Notes: generated by a model not told the origin, from the sequence alone. DNA of 63,696 nt, filler included, from Asterionella formosa (GCA_002256025.1; 16 parts of 16 records of this genome joined end to end with filler, not necessarily neighbours in it), one strand, 5' to 3'; numbered from the whole stretch's first letter, positions 11,998 to 24,900 are shown. Numbers and translations are program-made.

Positions 11998-12365
11998 TAC
12001 CGGTACCTGGTACCTGGTACCAGGTACCAGGTACCAGGTACCATGTCAGTGCCCTTGCACAGTACCGGTATCTTTAAATTTCAGGAGCCACAGGCAGCAC
12101 ATATATCTAAAAAATTGAATCAGCTAGCGTGTAGGTACGTAAACGGTACCAGTACTGGTACCTGGTACCGTGTTTCTTCCACATGTGATAAATGGATAAA
12201 AATGATGAACAGATAGATCCATACATACCAGAATATTATCGATAGTAACGGTACCAGGTACCAGGTACTCGGAGTACCTGGCACATGGTACCATGTCCAG
12301 TGTGGTACCAGGTACTCCTACCAGGTACCTGGTACCAGGAACCGGGACCAGGTGACACCGGTATA
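11998..12365. repeat. TA-delimited CCGG/CCWGG arrays in divergent intergenic region
   Basis: 11998-12040 = TA CCGG TA CCTGG TA CCTGG TA CCAGG TA CCAGG TA CCAGG TA; further clusters at 12145-12170 and 12250-12365. Confidence 0.9.
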
Positions 12366-12524
12366 CCCGCGTATGTAATAAACCACCCTCTTGCCTCCAA
12401 TAAAGAAGAACTCGACCATGATGCCTCTGAAGAAGCAACGACGCTATTTTAGGTAGCTTTGTTGTTGAAACAACTATATAGTACTACTATTCAGATATAG
12501 TGCACCGACGCAAATTGCCACTGT

Positions 12525-13664
12525 ATGATTGCACATCTACGTCATCGGATCACGCTGTCACTCCTAATCCGTCGACCACAACTTGGGACCATTCGTCCAA
12601 CAACAACACTAGTATTGACTTTGACGACTCCTCCCTCAACATTGTGCGACAGCCAAATCATGTACGCATCACACGTTACGGAGAATGGCAAACTACATCT
12701 CTCGATTTGCGATACCCGTCACATGCCAGTCGTCATTAACCGGACAACTGTGGAAGAAGTACCTGACACAGTCCTTCAGTTTCAGCGCCAAATGAGAAAA
12801 TTGCAAGCCGCCGATCGAGCGGGATCGGCAGTTACCAAGGAACAGCACTTGCACGTTGTCTACCAAGACCAGCATTTGGTAGTAACGAACAAACCCAGTG
12901 GCGTGTTGTGTGTGCCTGGTGTCAATCATAATCCTTCCTTGTTGACACTTGTACATGAGGAGTTTGCTCCGACAGTGCAACCCGCCGATAGATTGGTCGT
13001 ACATCGGTTGGACATGGATACGAGTGGGATTGTTGTGTTTGCCAAATCAGTGGATGCCACAGTGCTGCTTCACAAAGTATTTAGAGAACGCACGGTGGAA
13101 AAGGTATATGAAGCCTTGGTGTGTGGGCACGTGGAATATGACCAGGGGACCATTGACTTGCCATTACAAAAAGATCATAAGCAGCCACCATTTATGAGAG
13201 TCGCCACACCACAGTCGGAATACGAAGCGGTGCAAGCTGTACAAGATTTGCAACATCATGGATGGAAGAAATTGGTGTGTAAACGACCGAAGCCCAGCAG
13301 GACGGAATACACTGTCCTGGCAAGGCAAACGTTCTTAGGCACAAACCTTCCCGTCACTCGACTCGCATTGACGCCAATCACAGGAAGAACTCACCAATTG
13401 AGAGTTCACTGTGCGGCGATGGGGCACCCAATTGTGGGAGATCCAGCCTATGGGCTTTACGGTGAAGCATCGGGCAATGGTGGCTTCGAGGAGGTAGTCA
13501 TGGATGACTTGAATAGGACACGGGCTTCGTTGCTATTGCAGCAACAAATCAACGAGGCAGTGACTAAAAGCAATTTAAAGATGTGCCTGCATGCTAAGCG
13601 ATTGCGATTGATGCATCCATTTACAGAAACTATTATGGAGTGGGAAGCCCCTGTTCCATTTTAA
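12525..13664 (+). CDS. RluA/RluD-family RNA pseudouridine synthase, possibly organelle-targeted
   Basis: NKPSG, catalytic HRLDMDTSG, TGRTHQLRVH, GHPIVGDPAY and LHA motifs; Arg/Thr/Leu-rich N-terminus lacking acidic residues. Confidence 0.93.
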   Translation: MIAHLRHRITLSLLIRRPQLGTIRPTTTLVLTLTTPPSTLCDSQIMYASHVTENGKLHLSICDTRHMPVVINRTTVEEVPDTVLQFQRQMRKLQAADRAGSAVTKEQHLHVVYQDQHLVVTNKPSGVLCVPGVNHNPSLLTLVHEEFAPTVQPADRLVVHRLDMDTSGIVVFAKSVDATVLLHKVFRERTVEKVYEALVCGHVEYDQGTIDLPLQKDHKQPPFMRVATPQSEYEAVQAVQDLQHHGWKKLVCKRPKPSRTEYTVLARQTFLGTNLPVTRLALTPITGRTHQLRVHCAAMGHPIVGDPAYGLYGEASGNGGFEEVVMDDLNRTRASLLLQQQINEAVTKSNLKMCLHAKRLRLMHPFTETIMEWEAPVPF

Positions 13665-13866
13665 CTGTAGCAAGCGATGAAGAAATGAAAGAACTTTCAG
13701 AAATGGTTAACGAAGCTATTGTATAATTAATGTATTTTAAACATGCACACACTTTGTTTCATGAAAAAAGGTATTGTCAAACTAGATAGCAGTCAAATGC
13801 AGACTTTCTGTCACGCGTGATTACCCCTTCATCGGATCTCGCTGACAATCTTTGACACAATTGTTC

Positions 13867-14849
13867 TTACATACCCCATAATCTCATGCTAGACCGCCCC
13901 ACTGGAAGCACAGCTGCTTCTCTCCTGGTTCGCGTTGGGTCTGCCTCGCCTCCCTCCTGTAGGGAAGAGCGCACGTCTTCATCCCTCCTTTGTTCCTTCT
14001 TGCAACATAAGTAAAGCCCAAAAAGGTCACAAAATCCTGGCACAAACTGATCAGGATGAGCCTTGCGTAACTTCGATTCTTCGTATGCTTGCCACCCTCC
14101 ACCAATAGCAGCGCTAATCATACTGGACGCGAAAAAAACTATTAGGGGGAGGGAGAGGACATTGAATTGGCTCATATGAGGAAGGGAGTCCTGAGGATTT
14201 AAACACGCAATGCATCAAAAGTGTAGTAATTACCATTTGTCCAAATATTCCCCGGGGCTTCGTTCTGGCTTTCAAAGTCATGATAGACAATTCTTGTGGC
14301 TTGATTGGCATATTGCGTAAGACAATTTAGCAGTAAAAACACAATAATCCATCGTCTCTTGGCAATGGGTACATGAAACCAAATGTCATGGACATCCAGT
14401 CCATATAAATTCTTCCCTTGCGCATTTGATCGCACTGGGCAGCCCACACCAAACAAATGAAGCGCATTTGTACATCTCCACGGCATACTCACCGTCACCA
14501 TGTAGGTAAATAGAACGTTCAAAGCTTGAACACTAAAATTGTACCACCAATTCCTAGGTTCGCAGTCAGTCCTGGGTCGACACATTCGTTGAGCACCAAT
14601 CAAGAGAAAAAAGAAAAAAGCACCATCCAGGACGACCAAAAATAGAACAACGAGTCCAAGGAACTGAAACACTTTGCCATCCAAGAGACGAAGGAGCGCG
14701 TCCCGAGATCGCTCGCCACAAGAACGTGGCGGATTCAGCGTCGAATAATCAACTTCGGTGCCGCTGTCATCGACGCAGCTGTCACTTGGCGTGATCGGGG
14801 TAGAGGTGGGCCCTTCCTCCTCGTCTTGTTCTTGTTTCAGGCTCTCCAT
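13867..14849 (-). CDS. multi-pass membrane protein, DUF2985-like; exons 14849-14234, 14138-13867
   Basis: Hydrophobic helices and W..Q.LN.LFT......PWR motif; GT-AG intron 14233-14139 restores the frame (IWTN-VFFASS). Confidence 0.7.
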
Positions 14850-17294
14850 TGCTCAGCGTGTGATCTATATCCTTCAGACAGGATGAGCCTTGTTGTAGTT
14901 CACCCTTTTACCAGGCACCGTATCTTCTTGCAATCCCTGATGATAGTCGATGGACGAATACCGTAAAAAAACTCCTGACTACGTAAGATTGCTGTATCCT
15001 GGCATGCAACAGTTTAGGTACCAGGGTACCGGTACCTGGTACCCTGGTATTCAATTTTTTTTACTGTGGGGACAAAGCAGCAAAAAATACCGGTATGTAA
15101 TACCTATATGAATACGCGACATACCTACCTACTGTCATTATCTAGGACTCCACCTGGTAGACATCAACGAACAAGCCTGCCGTTTGGCAGAAACAATTTT
15201 CACTGACTCGTCCGTTTCGTCAGGAGTCCTATGGCTATGAAATCCCTCTTTTCCGGTATACCGGAAGTTGCACCCAGACTTTAGGTCACTGCCTCTCATG
15301 GAGCGCAAGCTCCGAAAATTCTCTGGGTAATAAATGGCCCTGCCTTCCTGTTCAAAAATTATTCCGAACCTAATGGGTGTATATATAATACATGTTCTAT
15401 AAAGTCTAGAATTACGTGAACCCGACCTCGATTGATTTGTTTTGGCGCGTTTTTCGTAGAATCGCGCCCTGATTGGAATGTTTGCACTGGACGGCCCCCT
15501 GTTTTCGTTGACCCTTTGTTAGTCAATACGGTAGACATACGAAAAAGGATATATGTAACACCGAAACAGTGACAATATATATATACCATCGCCTATTGCT
15601 CGTTTCGCAACCACAAACAAAGGGAGGCTGATGAGACCGACTACCGATTTATGCATGGCCAGCCCTGTCATAAATCCGGGCTTGCACCAAGCTATATTAT
15701 TGGAGGTCTGTAGAACGAAATGCTCAGTACTTTATTTAGCTTTATCTCTTTGTAGTAAATGCCGATATTAGAGACACATATACAGGTCAGCATCCTGGCC
15801 AACGAAGATCTATAGCCCTAAACGATATGCCAGTGTTGCTATTTAGCGTCTTCAATTGTGCTCAAGGTTGCTGTCGATGTCAGTGGTTTTGGTAAACAAG
15901 GTTATTATTCTTTTCAACTGATGGGGTATAAATCTTTATGTCTGGGTGATGTGCAAAACTGGGTTGCTCATCCCTTGCTCCCGTCCAAGGATACAGGTGA
16001 TCTAATCAACAGCAACACAATGTCAATTGGGTTGTTCAGACCCTTGCTTCATGTGTAAATATGTGAAACAAATCCGTTGTTCACACAGTAAATATTGTCA
16101 TATTGCAAAAGACTAGAAGTTTTGCGTACAAACTGTGAGAATACCCCATTTTAGGCAGTCATCTACTGGTAAGCAATCATGGTGGGCCTTGCTCAGTTTT
16201 TGACTTAAGTGGTCATGTCCATTTTTTACAGCTTGCTTTTTATTACCGGTAGTTGCTGTATGAAAGGGCTCGTACATAAATATTTTGCGAACCCAAGCCG
16301 TGGTTGGACCATATCCTATGTATGTAGAGCGAAAATGTTAAAAGAAGCAACTGAGCGAGGAGAGGATGGCTGACAATTCCTACTTAATTACTAGGTAACC
16401 TCCGTGCTCCTTAACATTAGAGGGTCTACATTCTACACATACGGCATACCTAGTAGTGCAACAAGGTACTCGGAGTACCCGGGAGAAACATGTACTTACT
16501 ACCAAAAAGTCACTTGAAACATAAACCTGGTACTGACATCATGTTGACAATTCTTAGCTGGCTGGCTATCCTTGTCCGCTGTTGGATGGGTTTCACGGCA
16601 GCCATGGCACCTGCCGTCGTCCTGTGCCCGCCAAAGTATTCATGGTACGCCAGCACGCATCTCAGGGTCGACGTGTGACGGCAAAAAAATCGCACCTCGA
16701 GCTGTATCAAGGCGGCTTCCTCCTCAGAGGCATGTAGACTGGTGTGTAGATATGTAGAAGATGTACGTCTTGTACTTGACCTATCCCAAAGAAATGAGTC
16801 TTGTAATTTCTTCATATGTTACCTTCGTGACGCAATAGAAAATTTGGCTAAAGTATTCGAATTCATTATTTACGAGGTGGCCGCATATTTGTGAAGATAC
16901 CATCGTGCGATGGCACGTTCCACTATCATGCATACGTACATATAAATCGAGAGCCGTTGCATCTGTGTTTCCCGCCGAGTTTGCTGCGCGCCAAAACTTC
17001 GAGGGAGGGAATGTTGCGATGTTGCCTTCAAAGCACACGAAACACCCAATTTAAAGAGTATTATTTGCCTCTGGGTTGCATTACATACTTCCTTGCTGTT
17101 GCTTACAAGGTTGTCGCTGAATGCACGAATAGCTTAGGTATCGTTTTTTGGTTGAAAGTAGAAAGGAACCAGCTAGAACGGGAGAGAGCAAGCGCGGCTC
17201 CAGTGTGCCATTTTTCGCATACCTCTGCTGAGCCCTTCCGAGTACCTCTTTTGATTCAAGTTTTGGCGTACAGCGTGGAGCGCAAAACTCCACA

Positions 17295-20200
17295 ATGACG
17301 CTGCAAACGAGATCAAAGTCGATCAAGCAAGAAGACGACGAGGAAGGCGACGAAGTAGCCACTCCAGCTGTTACACATGATGGCACTGCTGGAACCGGAT
17401 TAATTGTAGCAGCAGATTCAACTAGTAAACAACAGCACTTTCATCCGCCGTCGAATGCAGCTTCGCGACTAGCCCGACAAGCACGAACCTTGATTCCGTC
17501 AAGGCGAAGTCAAAGTGGAGCAGCATCACACGCAGAAACAGAAGTCAAACAGGAGCCGACACCGGAAGCATCAGCTAGAGAACAAGATCAGAAACGTCAG
17601 TCATCATCGGGAAAGCCGAAAGCGAGTCCAATGCAGAAACACGAATCAGCGCCCAACAGTGGCAGTAGTTCAAGTGCGCAGTCTTGCTCTCCCTATTATC
17701 AGGTGCGTTTCATATCCGTCGATCGGATCCCCGTAAGCATCTCCATTTTTTTTGTTTAAACCAGAGCATTGCTTGGCACGTGCGTGATGGGGGTGATGAT
17801 GTATGGGAATGATTGATCTAAGGAGGGAATGACCCCAAGCGTTGAACCAATCGTTCCAACCACAATTATTTTGCTGATGTCGTCATAGTCTTGGGGCAGT
17901 CTTGGATCTAAACTCCTTTTCAGTTGATTGATGTTTTTGTTAGTGTGTTCGTACTCGGATAACAATTCGACATAGCTTTCTGTGCAATATCATCAATGCA
18001 GAACTATGACATTCATGATTCTATTCTTTTCTTGAGACCATGGTAAATGATGCTCTCTACCTTCTTCAGCCTTTTACTAACACTATCTGATCTACTTCAT
18101 TCCTACCTCCATTGACTACCAACTGCATTCACGATTACTTTTTCATTTTACGTATATCTACGCCATGGTTTCTCCTCCTATACGCTTTCATGTTCTCCTA
18201 CAACATTGGTGACTCTGATTCAAATGCTTCTCGTCCTTCAATCGCCACAACGCTCAACATCCATGACTTGATGCGTTGAAAATAAACTTTACACGATTGC
18301 TGTACCTCATGGCAACGGCTACTTTTGCATGATGACCAACTCCCTTCAACTTTTCTCGTCTACGCCGTCCATCGCATCTCACAAATCCAACAGAGAGGCG
18401 CTTCACATCAACATCCTTCTGGCACCAAATCCTATATGTCGTCTCGAGACAACCTTCACATTTCCGCCGAACTTGACACAATCAAGGACGATTTTGGCCC
18501 TTCGATTGAGGATTGCTTAAACATGGGATCCTTTGCCGAAGAAGACTCCCCACCCAGGCATAGCAAGCGCCAGCATGGAAATTCGCCAGCCTACACAGCA
18601 TCGCATGGAGCCTATCCTCCCTTTCGGTCTGCACCAGGATATCACACTCAACCTCCAACATACAACTATCCTTCTCAGGGATATTATTATCCTCAACGAG
18701 GGTATCCACCACCGCACGAACAAGGAAATTGGTCGTCCCCTTCTACTTATGATTATGCTGGACATGGTAGATCCGAACCAATGCCACATACGTCTCCGCC
18801 GACAGCAAAAAAGGCTCGTTGGGGACAGTTAACCCCTGAAAAAAAGACGGGGCCTTCCCCATTCCGGTCTCCTCCAGATGATCATAAATACAAAAAATCC
18901 CCACTCTTTCATGGAACGCCGTCGTTTGGTGCTTACGAAAGTTTTGGAGTTGACACTCCTATTGGGTCGGGCCACCTAGGGGAATTTTCACCGATGGGCC
19001 CGCCCGTCTTTGCTAATTTTGATTCCAGTTCCTTGGTTCATTTCCAACTCTCCAAATCGTCATCAGGTGAAGAAAACAATGGCAGCGTGAAACAAACGAT
19101 TAACCAGCGACTAACAGGGTCAGAAGATGATTACGCAGAAAACATCTTGGGAGACGTATTATCCCCTTTCATTGGGAATATTCAAATTCAAGGTTCACCT
19201 CTCCGAGCTGGCCGGAGTGAGCGCAAGCCATTACTGCCGTCGTCTCTTAAAAAGTCGGCTTCATCGGGGAATAAATCTCGTTTCAGCTTTTCGTCGCCAA
19301 TGGGGTCGAGTGCGACTATACAAAAATCACCTTGGTATTCGGATACCAAAGCACCGGGCCCGGTGAGATTAGAGGTGAGTTCTGGTGTCGTAACTTTATT
19401 TTTTTCTTCTTTGTTCCGTGGGTCTAACGCACGTCGTGGCTGAACACCAACTAGTTGGGAGACTTGAGCACAAAGCGTGACGAGACACGGAAGGGACTCG
19501 AAGGCATTAATAGCATGCTCCGTAGGGGTTCAAGTCGACAACGTTCTACTCCAGCGACTGCACTTCGACCCCGGCAGCCTGACCAGCAGATACGTCCATC
19601 AGAGACATCAATGTCACGAGGGATCACTTATCTTTCTCATAGTGAGATTGAAACTCCTATTAAGTTATCCCATCCTCACGGACATCGAAGGACTACGCCG
19701 TATGGGCCGAGTTCAGCGGCTAACTCACAAATGCCTTCCATGGCTGAATCAACCCCTAGATTCTCAGGATCAGGAAATCGCAAGAGTCCTCGTTCTGGCA
19801 AAGAAAACTTGACTCTTATGTCATGTAATTGCAAGAAATCCAACTGTCTCAAACTCTACTGTGTGTGCTTTGCCGCCGAGCGTTTTTGTGATGGATGTAA
19901 TTGCAACGACTGTCGTAACACGACTGGAAACGAAGATGCTCGTGTCAAAGCCATGAAGGACTGCCGAACCAAAAATCCAAACGCGTTCAAATCAAAGATT
20001 GATCATAATCGAGTCGTTGTTCAAGGGCCACCTGGTTTATCTCCTCAGAGTATTCACAACACGGGCTGCAAGTGCAAGAAATCGGAATGCCTCAAGAAAT
20101 ATTGCGAGGTGAATAACTGTGTGCGCTAATTGTCATTCCATTCGTGATGCATACTGACTCATTCTCCAATTGTCCCAACAGTGTTTTCAAAATGGTGTTA

Positions 20201-20919
20201 TGTGCGGAGGCAAATGCAAATGTGTGGATTGCTTGAACTATGGTGGTTCACAAGCTTTGATTGACAAGCGACGAAAGATCAAGGATCATCGCGGTGCGGA
20301 AATTGCAATGCGTGTCGCAGACGAGACCTGGAAAGGAAAACACGGTCCTCCTCCAAATTTGACACCTCGGCATAATCCCATGCAATCCCCTCCTCAAACA
20401 GGTCATCGACATCCTCCTCACGTTTTGCACCCTCATTCGATTGTTCACCCCAGTCCATCAGTGCATGGTCGTGGACACCCACCACAATATATGCCACCTC
20501 ACTATATGGGGGCCCCAATGGGATACTCGCCAATGGGCGGTCCTCATGGCACTCCCAATTACATGCGCGGCAAACCCGTGATGCGCATTCGTCATTCTGG
20601 TGGCAGACCTACCCCGCAACCCCCTTCATATGCTGAGGCAAGGAAGCCTCGGTTGGAACCCACTCCGAAAACACCTAGAACTCCGGCGATTCGTCTTGCT
20701 TACGACCCTAAAACCAGTAAGAAGAAGCGCAAACTCCCTCTTGGTTTTATGGAACAATTATTTCCTTTCTTTGGCAAACTCCCAGATCAACCCAAGACTG
20801 CTGCACTGACCATCTTTTCGTTTTTGACAAATGACGAAATGTACAACGCCGGACTCGTATGCAAACGGTGGTCACGCCTCGCAGTAGACGAGGAACTCTG
20901 GGACTTGCCTCAATTCTAA
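17295..20919 (+). CDS. tesmin/TSO1-like CXC (CRC/CPP) DNA-binding protein, LIN54-like, with C-terminal F-box-like motif; exons 17295-17702, 18394-19374, 19455-20108, 20182-20919 (~926 aa)
   Basis: Two CXC domains (CNCKKSNCLKLYCVCFAAERFCDGCNCNDC; GCKCKKSECLKKYCE|CFQNGVMCGGKCKCVDC) with KNPNAFKSK hinge; three phase-0 GT-AG introns. Exon 1 is the least certain. Confidence 0.88.
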
Positions 20920-21822
20920 ATGTTTTCAAATCAATTAAACTTATCTCGACATATACTGATGTTGACTCGGGACAAGATCTTGGCGATTTTGTTACCCATG
21001 CAGTCCATCAAAATCTATGTTTGGAAGTCTTCATGGGGAAGATTTTCATTTTTTCGTAACGTTTAGAAATAAACCGTTTGTGCCTGTCTCTGCCTAGCGT
21101 GTATTGGTTAAATTATATTTCGCTTGTTATTGACAAGATGAAGAACGCAATGCTTTGATTTGTGTAGACTACACAGTAGTCGAAGTTAATTTTAATTATG
21201 CATGATGCTGTGAGTACCTGGTACAAATAGATGTTATTTATAGTCCAGCAAGAACAAAATCAATTGATTGTGCGAACTTCACTTGTTCAACAACACTGCC
21301 ATTCAGCATATTGAACTTGCTAAATACTAGAAAAAGCTGAGTACATTACTTACCACGTTAGGAGGAATATTAATTAGTAGCTACCGACTATGAGCAAGTT
21401 AGTCCTTTTAGATAAGAAAATAGTAACCTGGAAAAAAGTCAACAATTAGTTAGTTTAGTTTTCATCAGAACGCTGTTCCTTGCTTCTTGGAGTTTCGAAC
21501 CCTATATTTGGTAAGAAAACCTTGCTTCTCTTTCTCGTTCAGCAAAAGAGAAGTTCCACCCACCCCGGTCGCCATTCCAGGACTGATTTTGACGAGCGAT
21601 AAGGCAATGAGCGATGGTCTAGCACCCACCTAGCCATCAACAAGCAAAAGAATTTCTTGGCTGGGTTGGCGCGAGTATGGCTCTGTCATATCCATCGTCG
21701 TGTATGCACATTAATCGACTGCTTCGACTGCAGCAGCCTGACAGACAGACGCATCTTTCTTTGGCCAATGAAGTTATACGCACATTTTCGGACCATGGTT
21801 ATCACACTCACCATAAATATTA

Positions 21823-21922
21823 NNNNNNNNNNNNNNNNNNNNNNNNNNNNNNNNNNNNNNNNNNNNTTAATTAATTAANNNNNNNNNNNNNNNNNNNNNN
21901 NNNNNNNNNNNNNNNNNNNNNN
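21823..21922. other. artificial contig linker (N44-TTAATTAATTAA-N44); 14 more start at 43738, 45166, 46592, 48018, 49444, 50876, 52301, 53726, 55150, 56578, 58002, 59426, 60849, 62273
   Basis: Identical 100-nt blocks with stop codons in all six frames. Confidence 0.99.
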
Positions 21923-24900
21923 AGCGTGGATGATAATGAGGTAGATACTGATGAAGTGGAGATCAGACTAGTCATAATACCGGGCATATGCCAGAAAGTT
22001 TGATCTTTGTCAAATTGGTGAGCTTCAACGCTGATGACAGTAGGTTCACCCAGCCACGGAGCAGCTTGACTGATATGTGAAACCGAAACTGTGGAACCCC
22101 TAGATACTTTTCTGTTGAATGCAAGTGGAATATCCGGATATTGACGGAGGTATTTCGCAATTTGTAGTAACGCATCAAAATGTAATGATCCAGGAGCATT
22201 TTGATATTGAGCCAGCCTTTGTACTGCTGTTTGTATATCAAGCCTAGTCCATTGGCATAGGTGTTGAAATTGCCCCAACAACGTCCTATATTCAAAGCCA
22301 TAAAGTTGAATCGCTTTATGAAGTTCACTTGGAGAATATGGTATAGTACAACTAGCGAGTGCTTCTTCATGTTGTACGCCACTGAGCATAGGAATCATGT
22401 TGGTTCTCGAGATAATTTGTTTATCCCAGGACGAACCATAAACATATTGAAGAACGTCATGAACCATATGAGTTTGGTCAATTGTCATACAATTGGAACT
22501 AAACAGGAATCTGAGACCAAAAAAATGAGAGACTTGCCCCATATTGTGTATCTTCCAGTGAGATTCAAGAGTAGTAACAATATGGTTGTATGTATCCAGT
22601 GACGAAGTTCCAACCAATATATCATCAGTGGCTCTGGCTAAGATGACATGACATTGATTAATTGTACCTTGGTAGATGCATTGATCTGCGCGATTTTTGA
22701 TTAGGCCCAGTTGTCCACAGAGCACTTTATCAACATGTTCTCCCCATTCTCGAGAAGCATCTTTGCGCCCTTGTACATGAGCAAACATTTCCACACCCAA
22801 GCTTTTCCAAGATTGTTTGGCCAGTGGGAATGTGTGTTCAATATTTTTATATTGAACTGGGAATCGTCTGGTTTGATACCAGAGCATATATTCAGGAAAA
22901 ACTTTGAGCCAGATACGGTTCCCTGCTGCATTAGTTGGGGCAGGAGTATTTTGAAAGGCATTGCTAATATCAAGATGATAGAAATTGTAATGCATATACG
23001 CACGTGCCAATGGCCAAAAAAACTTTGATCGACATGGCGAGTATGGTGGGAGCAAAAGATTCAGTATAATCCACTCCTTTAATTTGATAGCTGCCATTCA
23101 CACATAGCCGAACTTTGCGATCATTTATCTGTTTGGCTGAATTCACCACATGTTTGAGAACCAAAACAGCTGGAAGCAGAGTTGCATCATGGGGTGGAAG
23201 GCCTGGAGCGCCAAAGGTCCCAATGCTATGACAGTTATCTAGATGATGAAAGAGAGCTGCAGTCCATTCTCCTCGAAATGGTCATTTCATTGCTTCATGA
23301 AATGATTGTGGACAGAGTGTATTGGGATGAGAAGTGATGGAAGAGACAGTAAATCCTGACCGAAGCGTACTGATATCCCCTGCACCAAAGGAAAATGTAT
23401 CTTTCCAGTCATGGTTTGTGCGTGGTTTCTTCACCGACAGTAGAGTGAGGTTGGTGAGCATACCAGGAATGAATCGTGGATCATGAGGATCACTTAAAGA
23501 AAGATGCCCATGTGTAGCAAGGACATATCCATCAAGTATCTCCTCAGCATCATTGATAGTGCATACGTCATTTCCGTTGATCTGTTACAGCACTCTACCC
23601 TTTAATATTTGTATAGGGCCTTTCGTCATACGACGCCCGAAAGCACTATTGGGTTCAATCCCAATTATCTCACATCGTGCTAGGTCAGCATGGTAATGGA
23701 GAAGTAAGCCATGTGCCTCATCTGGTAATTGATCAGAAATTTCTGTTACGGACATGTCGTGATTTAGCCATGGTGAACAACTTGGGATAAGATCAGAGAT
23801 TGCTGTTTTCAAAGCGGCCGTGTGTGGTGAAATGGAAACATCAACAGCTGAGTGATTCAGGAGAGTTTTTGCTGCTGGAGACCGATCACTAGGAAGTCTG
23901 TGAACACAAAGTTCATCAACAACAGCATGATGAGCATATTGAACCCGGCCGGAATCCCCAATATATTTGTAGATATGCGCAGTCCCTTGGAAACCAACAA
24001 AAGTCCCAAGAAGTGTATTAGATTCAGGACGATGCCGACTGGCGCGTCGATTCTTGACATGGAGTGGTGGAGAGCCAAAAATAAAGGCCATTGATAAATT
24101 AGGTGCATGTTTGTGGAACACTTCATGAGGGGTGCGACCATTATGGGCATCACTAGGCCGAACATTAAGAAGAAAAGTGGCATATGTGACAGCAAAACAC
24201 CATAGTGAGGGATCCATTTGTGCTCCATATAAGAGACATTGAGCAGTGAGTCCAATAAGTTTAATGGAGATCTCAGCTTTTCCGTTTTGCGAGGATGAGT
24301 ACACACCAGTGGGCTCCACCGAGATGTGCAGCAGAGACAACTCGGTCTTGAGCATGTGGTTAGCAAATAATTCCCCATCCATACGGATACGGCACACACG
24401 GTTGCCAGTCTGGATCTGCAAGTGTTGGATGATCCAAAGGATGAGTTTTACTGGTGTAGTGCGTGATTGACAACAGAATGTCCAACGATGATTAGAGATT
24501 GCCTCTGTGACTACTAAAAAGCATTTGAATCCACAGTAGGATTGTTTACCATAGAATCCAAAATCCATATGGATAAGACTTCCAAGAACCTTGAAAGGAG
24601 ATTCAACAGTAGGACCTCTGGATAAGGAGGGCAGTTTTTCTTTGAGACAGATTGGACAGGAAAATGTGTCTGGTATAGGGACATTCAAAGGGAGACCCAT
24701 AACGCTTGTTCCATTGAGCAATAATTCCATAGCACGCCGGCCTGGGCAGCCCATTCGAAGATGAATGAGATGATAAAGTCCTGATGGTTTCATGGTTTTG
24801 ATAAGGTCAATAGCAGAGGTGGTAATCCCTAAAGACGGTTTATGTAAACGGACAATGATGTAGTCTGCATCATCAAAGGTCAATAACTTGAAAGAATATT

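Noticed and set aside
12124..12438. Short ORFs rich in VPGT/WYQVPGTRY (also 58711-59183, 61078-61519)
   Set aside because: Translations of the GGTACC arrays; not credible proteins.
15628..15722. CTGATGA...CGAAA hammerhead-like core
   Set aside because: No stem II closing directly onto GAAA and no stems I/III found.
21823..21922. Regularly spaced TTAATTAATTAA motif
   Set aside because: Artificial six-frame-stop linker inside N runs; ORFs containing X are truncated by it.
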